DNA of 64,000 bases from Diplonema japonicum (taxonomy: Eukaryota > Protista > Euglenozoa: Diplonemea). Location of the stretch: assembly GCA_964019335.1 (NCBI GenBank), contig OZ025739.1, positions 62,001-126,000 of the forward strand, read 5' to 3'. Below are positions 33,470 to 44,177 of the stretch, in pieces (the stretch's first letter is position 1; every line of letters starts with the position of its first letter). The notes beneath the pieces were generated by a model that saw only the letters and a program-made list of their open reading frames with translations, was not told the DNA's origin and searched no databases. The position numbers and the translations under genes were made by a program.

Positions 33470-34373
33470 GAATTGTGAATAGAAAAAAAAAAAGGATAGA
33501 AAAAAAAACCCCACCCTACCCTCTCGTTTGTACCCCTTTCCAGTAAATACACACCATTTTTTCTTTTTTTTTTTTCCTCCCAAGCACTTTGCTGCTTTTG
33601 GCGCTATCTGAAGGGAAAGAGCGGGAAAAAGGAGGGGGGCTCCCTCACCCCCCAAAAAAAATTACTATCAGGTATTCTTGAAAAGAAAAGTGAAACCACA
33701 ATTTTTTTTGTTGTTTTGTGAAAGGAGAGTGAGAGGGGGAGAGGGAAAAAATAATTTTTTTTTTCTCCTGACTAGAACGTTGTAGCCGCCCGCCCCTTCC
33801 TCCCCTCCCTGTACTATATCCCCTGGGGGATAAGTGGCATTTGAGACACAAATGTAATGTTGTGGGAGGGGGATGAAATGGAAAGAAGAAAAAAAAAAAA
33901 AAAGAAGAACAAAAGAAAATAATCCAAGTATTCATTTGTCACATCGTTTCTATGAACCTTTTTTTTCTTTTTTTTTTTTGAGGCACAGCAGGATCAAAGT
34001 CTTCAAGCCTCACGGAAGCCGTCAATGGCAGCACACCGGGTGACGAAAAAGGCAAGCTGGTGGACCAAGCGAGGAACAACCTCACGGGTTTTTAACCTTT
34101 TTCTTTCTTTTTTTTTTTTTTTTTTTTTTTTTTTTGGTAATTGTAGTTGATTTTTTTTTCCCCCCCTCTCTTTTCTTCAATCTGTTTGTTTAGTACTTTT
34201 TTTTTTCCTTCTTCTTTCGTCTGTTGCTGTTCTATTCGTAACTTAGGGAATGACCCCTTAATCGGGGGGACGTTTTTTTTTTTTATTCTCATATAGTAGT
34301 TTTGTTTCCTTCCTTGCATAGCATAGCAACAATAGGGTTGGGGAGAGGGTGGAGGTAGGGTAAAAAAAAAAAA

Positions 34374-34674
34374 ATGAAAATACTTAATACGTTTTTGATA
34401 TTGTCGCTGGTGTTGATGGAGCTAGCTATTTCGGGGGCGGAAGGTGCTGAAGTGCACCAGATCATCTGTGTATGCCGGTGCTGCTACCTGGGAGACTGCA
34501 AACCCGCACAAACAAACGGGACTTTCCCCACCAGTTCCTGCATGGACTGCAACAAGGACACATGCGCCTCAAGAATCGCTGGTGTAAACAGCACTTTGGG
34601 GATGGAATGCGAAGGCGACAAAACTTTCTTGAAGTCCGAATGTTACAACAGAAACGCGTTTTTCCCCAAGGTAC

Positions 34675-34712
<38 letters not shown>

Positions 34713-34821
34713 AACCTGCTTCGTTCTGATCGGTCTCCTCATGGGACTCGTGCTCTTCGGCGTTGCGAAAAATCAAGTACCTGCTCTAGCAGCGTATAGT
34801 GCAAAACACTTTGATTATTGA
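34374..34821 (+). CDS. Small Cys-rich type-I membrane protein; intron 34671-34710
   Basis: Signal peptide and CVCRCC..C..CMDC...C..C..CYNR ectodomain; splicing adds TM LTCFVLIGLLMGLVLFGVA. Confidence 0.8.
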
Positions 34822-34919
34822 AGGGGATGGGGGAAGAGAGAGGGAAGGAGTTTTTTTGTTTTTGTTTCTTTTTTCAATCCTGTGAGAAGAAAAAAAAAAT
34901 TTTTCCCCCCCTTCCCAGG

Positions 34920-35974
34920 ATGAAAGAGGACGAAATGCCGCCCTCTGTAATCATGTCCCCCCCAACGAGGATACCACGGGAGGAAAGCATAGGTGCTCCA
35001 GAAGCATCTGTGACCAGCACACTCTATGAAGTCCCACCGTTAAACGAGATGTTGATGCCGAGCAGCAAACCCGCAAAACAAGTACCAGAAGTATACGAAA
35101 GCAGGCTGCAAGTCCCACGGTTGGGAGTGGAATGGTACTGCAGCCTCCGACCCACTGAGAAAGAAATAATCGACAACGCGGTACGCAAGGACACCGCAGA
35201 CAGCGCAGGGGTCCCCCCACTACACGTTCATGTCAAAGGAACTGAGAAAGGCGACATGGGTACTGTGTACGTCCTGCAAATAACAGGAGAATACGCATTT
35301 CAGCAAATAGAAGCACTGTTGGACACGGGAACGTTGGCTTTGCAACATACAACTGAAGCTTTGACGGTACTTGGATGGCTGCCTGGGAGCGCTCATGTAG
35401 AAGAAGTTGACAGCATGCAATCTCTTCGTGAAACTTTTGAAAATCTTTTGTCCTCGCCTTCGCCAAATTACAAAGCGTGCATCGCAGCCGCTTCGTCGCT
35501 ACATGATGATTTTCCTTACCAAGGCCTGCAGATAATCTGCGATGTGTTGTGCAAGGTTACAGGTATTACAATTCAAGAGCTTTCGGTTAGATGGCGTGAG
35601 GTTCTTCAAGAGTGTTGTCTCGTACCGCAGGCGTCTCCTGCTCAACGTCGTGTTGCCTCGCCTGCTCCTCTGCACCATGCAATCCTTTCAAAGATAGAGT
35701 CGAACCGCATGTCCTCTATCTCTGCCACCAAAGCACTCCAGAAGCACATTGACTCAAAACGGTCGTACCTGGACACCTTTGCGTCTGACGGCTCCCTCAC
35801 CATCTTTCAAGGGGCGTCGGGGTCCGTCCTCATATACCCTTCTGAAGAGGAACGCACCATGTTCCGCACGCAGATGAAACGGAGCTATTACAAAAAGCTC
35901 AACCAAACCTGCAGCGAAGCCGGCGACAGCGATGCGGGCAGCGTGCTGGACTGGCTGCCTTTCGATTCGATTTG

Positions 35975-35975
<1 letters not shown>
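34920..35975 (+). CDS. Hypothetical protein
   Basis: 351-codon ORF; the ATG follows a pyrimidine tract-CAG. Confidence 0.75.
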
Positions 35976-36016
<41 letters not shown>

Positions 36017-36171
36017 CTCTCTCTTTTTTGTTACACTGTATTTTTTGTACCTTTTCTCGACATGTTGTTTAAAGAACTGACACTTTTTTTTTTTTTTTAT
36101 CAAAAATTCCGCACGATTTTTTTTTTTTGTTTCAAAAATAAAAAAAAGGGGGGAAAGGGACAAAAAAAAAA

Positions 36172-38825
36172 ATGAGTCTACGGGGTGCTGCACGCACGGG
36201 GCTGGTCGACATCCGGAACATGACCGCCATCGAGGGTTTCAAAATGGTGGGGAACCAGAAATTTGAGGAGTACGGGATCGAGCTTGTAGCCTTCACCCAC
36301 GACGCCACAGGGGCGAAGTACATCCACGTGGACACAGAGGACACAAACAACGCTTTCTGCGTCGGTTTCTGCACACCTCCCACGAACGACACAGGCATCA
36401 CACACATCCTGGAACACACCACCTTATGCGGGAGCGACCAATACCCCATCAAGGACCCGTTCTTCAAAATGCGTAACCGGTCCCTCAGCACGTTTATGAA
36501 TGCAATGACATACCCTGACACCACGATGTACCCCTTTGCAACCATCAACGAGAAGGATTTCAAAAACCTGCGTTCCGTGTATCTTGACGCAGTCTTCTCT
36601 CCGAAGCTCGACAAGTTGGACTTCCTCCAAGAAGGCCATCGGCTTGAAAAGGACGAGGCAGGCGACACCAAGATCAAAGGTGTTGTGTTCAACGAGATGA
36701 AAGGTGTCTACGGAGATCCCTCGAACCTCTTCTACCACCGAACCATCGCGCATCTATACGGAAGGGATTCCTGCTACGGGCACCACTATGGTGGTGACCC
36801 TGCTGCCATCACTACGCTCACCCACAACGATCTTGTTGAGTTCCACCGTGCGCACTACTCTCCTGCAAACTGCATCATCGTTACATATGGTGATCTCCCT
36901 ATCGTGGATAACCTTGGGTACATTAACCAGGTGCTTACTGAGCGTGCCGAGCGTGACAATTCTCCTGGTACCAGAAAGCGTTTGCAGGTAAAAGGTCCCT
37001 CCGTGCCTGTCCCAGCTTCTCTTACCACTACCGGTCCCGTGGACCCTCTTATGGACGCCGAGCAAAGTGGCTCCAAAATTTGCATCTCATGGGCTCTCAG
37101 CGTCCCCTCCACCGCATGCGACATCTCGTTCGATCTTGCCATCCTCTCCAACCTCCTCACTTCCGGGCCCTCCGCTCCTTTGTACCAAGCTCTTATCGAG
37201 GCTGGTGTTGGTGCCGATTTTGTCATGGGTACGGGATTCTCCCAGGAATACAAAGGGGGGTGTTTCCAGGTGGGTGTGCAGGGCGTGCAGCTCAAGAAGC
37301 ACTCCAAGGAGGACGTGGAGAAGACCATCATGCTGTGCTTGGAGGACACGGTGAAGAACGGTTTCGAGAAGAAGTTGGTCGAGTCAGTTCTCCACCAGGT
37401 GGAGCTCTCTAAGGCGCACCGTTCCGCTTCGTGGGGCGTCAACGTCGTCGCTGCACTTGTTCACAATGAGGTGCATGAGAAACCCACCGCGTCTGCCTTC
37501 GAGGCCACAAGGCGAGTTTCCGAGCTGCGTGAAAAATTGAAAGCTGACCCCGCGTACCTGCAGGGCCTCCTCAACACACACATTATCCAGAACCAGCACA
37601 AGCTCGTCCATCTCATGACACCTGAGGCGGACTACCCTGCTTCTGTCGTCAAGGAAGAAGAGACGAAACAGACTCCTGACCTCATCGCCTCCACTCCCGC
37701 AGAAATGGTGCAAGACAAGGCAGAGTTCATGAAGCAGCTGGACAGGGTTGAGGACATGTCCATCTTGCCTACTCTCAATGTAGAGAGCGACATCCCTGCT
37801 GAGCCTCTCCCGGACCCGAGGATCGAGGTTTTGCAACACCCGAAGCTGGAGGTCCTGCAAAACGTGCTGACGCCCACCAACGGTGTGTGGTACTTCAGGT
37901 TGGTGATCCCCATCAGCCACTTGAGCAAAGAAGAGTTGCTATTGCTGCCGTTGATGTGCTCGCTTGTCGGGCAGACAGGGGCTGGGGGTTACAACTACAG
38001 GGAGCTGGCGCAGGAAACGGATTTATGTTGTTCGGGGATATCGGCGAAGCCTGTCGTGGGCACGGACAGGAAGGACCCGACGCTCTCGAGAGCGATGCTG
38101 GTGGTGACGAGCCACGGGCTGGAGAGGTGTTGGGAGAGGTTCTTTGAAATCCTCAGCATGATGATGACTGATGGGCGGCTGTGCGACGAGGACAAGCAGG
38201 TGAGACTGAGGGTGAAGAACCAGATAGAGTCGATGGCGTTCGGTGACGTGAACTCCATTGTGGACAACGCACACGCATATGCCCTGAAGCACGCTGCAGG
38301 ACAGGTAGACAAGTTCGCAGCATGCGCAGAACTCATCGACGGTATCTCACAGGTGGCGCACATGAAGGACCTCATGCAGTCTGTGTCGGGGGACAAACCA
38401 GAGGCCGAGGCACGTCTGACAGACATCTTGGTGAGTGTTAAGGCGCTCTATGAGAAGCTCTTCGCCGCCTACCCCACATCCCGCGTCTCCCTTACCACCA
38501 CGAAGCCCGTTACGGAGGAGCAGCATTTGGCTTTTAATGCCTTCATTGATACCCTCCCTGAGACGGACCTCTCCCCAGACCCGTCCACCCTTTCCGCCGA
38601 CACCACACGCGACGTCTGCGAGACGGGGAAAGTGTTTATCCCTGCACCCGCCGACTTGGGTTACATTGGGATGGTATGTCTACGGAGGTGAAAATGTTCT
38701 ACTTTATCCCCCCTCCCCCAGGCGCACAAGACCGACCTATCCTACCTACATGACGATATGGCTGCTGTTGAGGTGATGCTCAGGATCGTGGACACTAAGG
38801 TACATAAATAAAAATAATTTGGAGG

Positions 38826-38865
<40 letters not shown>

Positions 38866-39431
38866 AGTTCCTCCACAAGGAAGTACGCGAGAAAGGCGGG
38901 GCGTATGGTGCGGGGGCTGTGAGGTATCCCATGGGAAGGGAGAAAAAAAAAAAAAAAAACAGTTCGGTATCTGGAAACGACAGTGTTGTGGGGATGTACT
39001 CTTATAGGGATCCCGCAACAGCCACCACTGAGGTGACATTTGGGAAGTGCTTGGAGTGGTTGGAGACAGAGGGGAACTTGAAGGACGCTGACGTCAATGA
39101 GGCTAAGATCTTGGTTTTTGCGGGTGCAGATGCCCCAAAGTCGCCCCAGGTGCAAGGGCTGCGAGAGTTCCTCACCACCATCACCATGGAGGACATGAGA
39201 GTCAAGCGGAGCAGGCTTCTCAGCGTGACCAAAGAGGACATTCTCTGTGTTGCGAGAAAATTGCTAGACCCTTCCTGGACTACAGTTTCCAAGAATACTT
39301 CGGAGGTTGCTTTCTACAGAACTGCCTCCGTCGTCATAGGAGGTGAAACAACCTGGGAGACAATGAAGAGCAAAGATGAGAAATGGCAAAAATGGGCCAA
39401 ACTAGACGAAGTAAAGGCCTCAAGCGCGTGA
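36172..39431 (+). CDS. PITRM1: Mitochondrial presequence protease (M16C, Cym1/PreP); introns 38674-38721, 38800-38867, 38924-38962
   Basis: HILEH inverted zinc motif, KDPFFKM, FMNAMTYPD, KGVVFNEMKG, and after splicing FLHKEVREKGGAYG and YSYRDP. Confidence 0.95.
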
Positions 39432-40386
39432 GGGGGAAAAAAAAAAAAAAGAAGAAGGAATAATAGAAACGATTTTTTTTTTCTCTCCTTTTTTTTTTTT
39501 CTTCTCCTTCTTCCCCCCTCCACCATTTCCCTTGTTTAGACTGCTGTTTAACAAAGGTTAGGGTGTGCTTTTTTTTCTTTTTTTTTTTCTTCTCTTTTTT
39601 TTTTTTTTTTGAAAGTTTCTTGCGTTGCATCACTCTCTCGATTTTTTCCCCCCGCCTTTTTTTTTCCCCCATAGTCAACAAAGGTTTTTTTTTTTTTCTT
39701 TACTCCGTGCCGTATAGAAAGAGCAGAAAAAAAAAGAAGAAGAAACAATATATTGTACAACTGTGTCACTAATATTTCAAAAAAAAAAAAAGTAGCACAA
39801 CCGGAAAAAAAAAAGGGAGGGGGTAGGAAGAGAGGGGGAAAGAAAATGAATATTTTGTTTCAGCCCCCCCACACACACACACCTTCCCCCCTGTCTTTTC
39901 GTTCCCCTCAAACTAAAACCAAAAAAAAAAAGAGGGGGAAAAAAAAAAAAGATATGGTCGAGTTTCAACAATGGCGGTGTCCATCCGTGTAGCTCTATCT
40001 CCAGTGGAGGAGGAATTCGACTGGTACACCACATTCACTGTTGACGGTCCACGACGGAATCGTGTTATCGGTGCGACGGGGAAATCAACGATCGTGTGTT
40101 GTTTTTTTATAGCAGGTGTTTCTCCTCCTTCCACACCGACGTGCGAGATTTGAAAACCCGATGTTCTGTCGAAACGTTTGATGTTCTTTGACGGAAGGAA
40201 GCCTTGGGCATGTTGGCGGAAAGAAGACCCTCAAATCTGCGAGTTCAATCGCCGGGTGGAAAAAAAAGTTTAAATCACAGACTACCCCCCCCCCCCCCCC
40301 CCCTATCGTGTTTTTTTTCTAAGACATTACCATGGATCTTTTTTTTTTTTTTTTCGAAAAAAAAAAATATTGTAAAACCAAGATAT

Positions 40387-41535
40387 ATGGAATGCTTGCC
40401 TCCACGGCCGCCAAAACAATGGTGTTCCAAGCTGGGTGAGGAACACTGCGAGGCGTCCCAGCACATGACGGAGGTCAACAAGGAGCTGCGGGAGATCGCG
40501 GGGATGCGAGACGAGGTTCTGGGGTCGAAAAAAACTCGTGCCCCGACCCTCACGGAGTGCTGCACGGAGGCGAGGATGGTGGTCGGGACGAGGGACGGCG
40601 AGGCCGTCTTCAACATGATCGACACAAACGGCGACGGCACACTGTCGCCAATCGAGATCCGCAGATTTCTAAAACACAACACAAACCTCAAGAAAGAGAT
40701 ACGCAAACTGAGCAACCGGCAGAACCAAAGCATCCACCACGCGCTACCCCTCATCGACACGAACGGGACCGACAACATCAGCATTCACGAGTTTGTAGGG
40801 TTCTTCACACCGTTTTTAACACACCCGTCGGCCGTTAAACTGTTCCACACCATCGACACCGACAACAAGCGGCACGTAACGATGTTCGAGATGAACCGCT
40901 TCTTCAACGGAAGCACGACGTTCAGCTCTGTTTTGTTTCAAGCGTTTCGATGCAAGTTGAAAGAGTGCTGGAAGGGTTTTCTAAACTGTGTGAGCGTGAC
41001 CAAACATCAATTCCTCGCTATGTGGGCTGCATCCGGTTTAGGATACACTTCGGCAGTAACACAGGTTCAAGAAAGCGTTCCTGAGAAATTACAGGCCAAG
41101 GTGACCTCGTGCTATGAGACAAGGCTGCATTTTCAAGCGATGGAGCTTGCAAAGACAAGAAAGTCATACTCAGGATATAAAGACATTTCAAAACGAGTCA
41201 AAAAGGTTCAAGACGAAGCTCTTACGAACAGTGAGGCCTTCTTCGCCGCCGCAGGTATCTCTGAAGATATCAGTGTGTGTTCCACTGAAGGCATCGCCCG
41301 TGATCACCTCTGTCGGCAGCAAGCTTCTCATCATAAGTTTCTTATGAGGCAGTTTTTATGCGGAAGGCCTCGTGCTCAGACTGCTTATCTGTCTCAGCCC
41401 GTGTCTGTGTTTACCGAACAGGGGGTACCTGATATACCTCTTTCTGGCCCTTTGGACAGCAGCCGTTACAAGGAGAAGTGTCGAAGGTACACCAGATTCA
41501 ACGCTCGATATTTAAAACGTCCAATGACCGGGTAA
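40387..41535 (+). CDS. EF-hand protein
   Basis: DTNGDGTLSPIE, DTNGTDNISIHE and DTDNKRHVTMFE loops. Confidence 0.8.
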   Translation: MECLPPRPPKQWCSKLGEEHCEASQHMTEVNKELREIAGMRDEVLGSKKTRAPTLTECCTEARMVVGTRDGEAVFNMIDTNGDGTLSPIEIRRFLKHNTNLKKEIRKLSNRQNQSIHHALPLIDTNGTDNISIHEFVGFFTPFLTHPSAVKLFHTIDTDNKRHVTMFEMNRFFNGSTTFSSVLFQAFRCKLKECWKGFLNCVSVTKHQFLAMWAASGLGYTSAVTQVQESVPEKLQAKVTSCYETRLHFQAMELAKTRKSYSGYKDISKRVKKVQDEALTNSEAFFAAAGISEDISVCSTEGIARDHLCRQQASHHKFLMRQFLCGRPRAQTAYLSQPVSVFTEQGVPDIPLSGPLDSSRYKEKCRRYTRFNARYLKRPMTG

Positions 41536-41704
41536 AAAGGAGGTTGGAAAAGGACGAAACGACTATTCTTTCCAGATTGGTCCTTAGACTTTTTTTTTTT
41601 TTTTTTTTCTCACAGTTTTAACGGTTTTTTTCTTTTTTTTTTTTTTCCCGCCTGTCTTGTGATTTAAAAAAAAAAAAAAAGGAGAGGGGACAAAAAAAAT
41701 AATA

Positions 41705-44050
41705 ATGATTGTGGAAAAAAAACTATATTTCGAGAATGAAAAACCGAAACATGTAGCGCTGCACCCGTACCTGCCGGTGGTAGCGGTGGTGATGAAGCAC
41801 GATATGCAAGTGACGGTCTTTGACTACGCTGACGAGGCGGTCATGCTGCAGATAAACGTGGAGACCCTCCAAGAAGAAAAACTCGAGCGCCAAGTAGGGG
41901 TCTTCTCAGAGACACAGGAACGCACCCGCTTCGGGGAAGTGAAACACGTCGCGTTCATGGACTGCGTGTGCTCCTACTGGTCGATGCGCCCTCTGCACGG
42001 AATGAGCCCCGCCGACGTCGCAAGAATGCTAAAAAACCGCTTGTACAAAATGGAAGAAGAAAACATTCTGCTAATCTCCGAATTCCGCGTCTCGGTCGTC
42101 CCATACCGGAGATCAAACCTCCACTACAAATCTGTCCGCGACAAGTCCCACAACGAGGTTGCTGGAGGAAGAACCATAACATGCGGTACCCCATTGTACT
42201 CATCACCCGTGATAGCAGTGGGGAACACAGACGGTGGTGTAAAACTATGGAACATCGAAACAGACCACATAGGCAGCATGCTCGGTGTGTTCAAACACTC
42301 GGTAACGTGCTTGCAAGCAGTCCACACAGACATGGAACAGATAATCGACCAAAAGGTATTATTACTCGCGGGGTCTGTGGAAGGTGGCGTCACCTGCATG
42401 ATGATCGACCCTGCAAAGCAGTCATCGTTCGTGTCAAAATGGACATTAAAAATCGGCGATTCCATCATACACACCATCGAACCCCACACAAGCACGAAAA
42501 ACGTATCCTTGGCATCCGTCACCACCTCCTTGGGGATATTTGTCGTGGACGTAGACACGGGGTCGGAAACGGCGAAAATTAAACTCCCCAAAAAACACGG
42601 TGTTACACCTGTCTCGTCAGCACCTTGCAATGATTTCTGGGTCGTGGCGTACGAGTTCAACCATGTGTACACCGCGGGCAGCGATTCTTCACACCCGTTG
42701 ACAGAGATTATCGACGTGTCGCAGTTTCTCAAAAAGAAAGAAGTGCACATATACAACGTCACAGCGCATCCTTTAATCCACGAACGGATCTTCGTTTCCA
42801 CCAACGCAGGCCTTCTCAACCTCCGTTTGAAAACAAAAAAAACCAACGAAAACGTAATCGGCTGCAGCACCGGCGACATAATGTCCTGCATAGCCATATC
42901 CGGGCATAAGATAAAAGGACACGGGATCGAACTTAACGGAGCAGGGCGATTCCCTGGTTTTGAGGTCCGTGGGACGGGCAAGGTTACAGGGATTGCTGAG
43001 ACGTACGATGGTGTCCTGTGCATCGCGGAAGAAATTGATAATAAAATCAGTATATTCAACGGAGTGACAGGTGACGTCATCTCAACTCTAAAAGGTTCCG
43101 CACCTGTCTGGCATTGTTCGCGTCAAACCTTCGCTGTCATCGTTGACGGGAACATCCAAACGTACGATCTTATCGATTCGCAGCCCTACCCGACCACGTC
43201 TGCCCCGATCCCGAAGAACGCCACGAAGCTGTTCGGCGGGAAATGGGTCGGGTTGGCCACGCAAACTCACCTGAAATTCCTGTCGTGGGAAACCTTAAAA
43301 CCCATCACAGACCCTTTACCCGTCCCACCGTACCTAAAATGGGACCCTCAAGGGAAATACTGCGCGTTGTGCTACTCCGAGGCAGGTTTTGTATACGTGT
43401 TAACAGCAAAGGACGGTATCCTCCAACATCACTGTTGCATTCATCTGGAAGCTACAAGCTGTCTGTGGGTGGAGGGGACCTTGTTCATCGACACCGGCAC
43501 ACACCTGTACATTGTGTACCCGTACCAAGACGGTTACGACTCGGAGCTTCTTGCAACAACTGATGCAAGAAGTTTTTATGACGCTACTGAAATGGAACGC
43601 GAAGGCTCGCAGGGTGGGGAAGAAGGTGGCTTGCTGTTGCGGCCCAGCGGGGGGCTGGCGTTTTTAGGCCTTCTCGGCGATACTTTGTGCATGAGCGATC
43701 TACATGGCCGGGTACACGGGTTCCGTCTTTCTCACAGCATGAAATGGAAATGTTACGCACAAGCAGGTGTTTGCGATCAAGCGCACGCCTCTGCCCCTGC
43801 GTCTGAACTCGCTTCGTTCCTCGCACACCGTGATCTTGCACGAATACCCCCTGCTGTTTCTGCCACCGATCGTGCCTCGCTCTGCCTCTCTCTGAACCTC
43901 TACACCCAAGCTTCCCGTTCCATCGCCGAAGCTTGCAAAACCGACCTTTCCGAACTCGGCGTTCCTTCTGGCTCGCTGTTTGGTGTACTTGCCACCCTCG
44001 CCAATAAGTCGGAGGACGATGAGTGCGTGCAAATTGCTATTAATAGCTGA
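41705..44050 (+). CDS. tstF: WD40 double-propeller coat protein, TSET complex TTRAY subunit (tstF/TWD40-2 type)
   Basis: N-terminal VALHPYLP..VTVFDY..FGEVKHVAFMD...YW parallels plant TWD40-2 IQLHPTHPW..VSVWNW..GSVKQV.F.D...FW (recalled). Later KLFGG, LSWET and KWDPQGKYCAL coatomer-like motifs. Confidence 0.65.
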   Translation: MIVEKKLYFENEKPKHVALHPYLPVVAVVMKHDMQVTVFDYADEAVMLQINVETLQEEKLERQVGVFSETQERTRFGEVKHVAFMDCVCSYWSMRPLHGMSPADVARMLKNRLYKMEEENILLISEFRVSVVPYRRSNLHYKSVRDKSHNEVAGGRTITCGTPLYSSPVIAVGNTDGGVKLWNIETDHIGSMLGVFKHSVTCLQAVHTDMEQIIDQKVLLLAGSVEGGVTCMMIDPAKQSSFVSKWTLKIGDSIIHTIEPHTSTKNVSLASVTTSLGIFVVDVDTGSETAKIKLPKKHGVTPVSSAPCNDFWVVAYEFNHVYTAGSDSSHPLTEIIDVSQFLKKKEVHIYNVTAHPLIHERIFVSTNAGLLNLRLKTKKTNENVIGCSTGDIMSCIAISGHKIKGHGIELNGAGRFPGFEVRGTGKVTGIAETYDGVLCIAEEIDNKISIFNGVTGDVISTLKGSAPVWHCSRQTFAVIVDGNIQTYDLIDSQPYPTTSAPIPKNATKLFGGKWVGLATQTHLKFLSWETLKPITDPLPVPPYLKWDPQGKYCALCYSEAGFVYVLTAKDGILQHHCCIHLEATSCLWVEGTLFIDTGTHLYIVYPYQDGYDSELLATTDARSFYDATEMEREGSQGGEEGGLLLRPSGGLAFLGLLGDTLCMSDLHGRVHGFRLSHSMKWKCYAQAGVCDQAHASAPASELASFLAHRDLARIPPAVSATDRASLCLSLNLYTQASRSIAEACKTDLSELGVPSGSLFGVLATLANKSEDDECVQIAINS

Positions 44051-44177
44051 TCGGCGGGAAAAAAGAAAAAAAAAAGAAGTGTTTTTTTTTTTTTTTTTTT
44101 GACAGGGAGGACAAAGAGTAGTGAGCCTAAAACATCTATAAAAAGAAAGCACTAAAAAAAAAAAAAGTCAAAATAAA

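Noticed and set aside
40200-40260. tRNA/tRNA-Sec-like GTTCAATC with nearby TCA
   Set aside because: No acceptor, D or anticodon stems can be formed.
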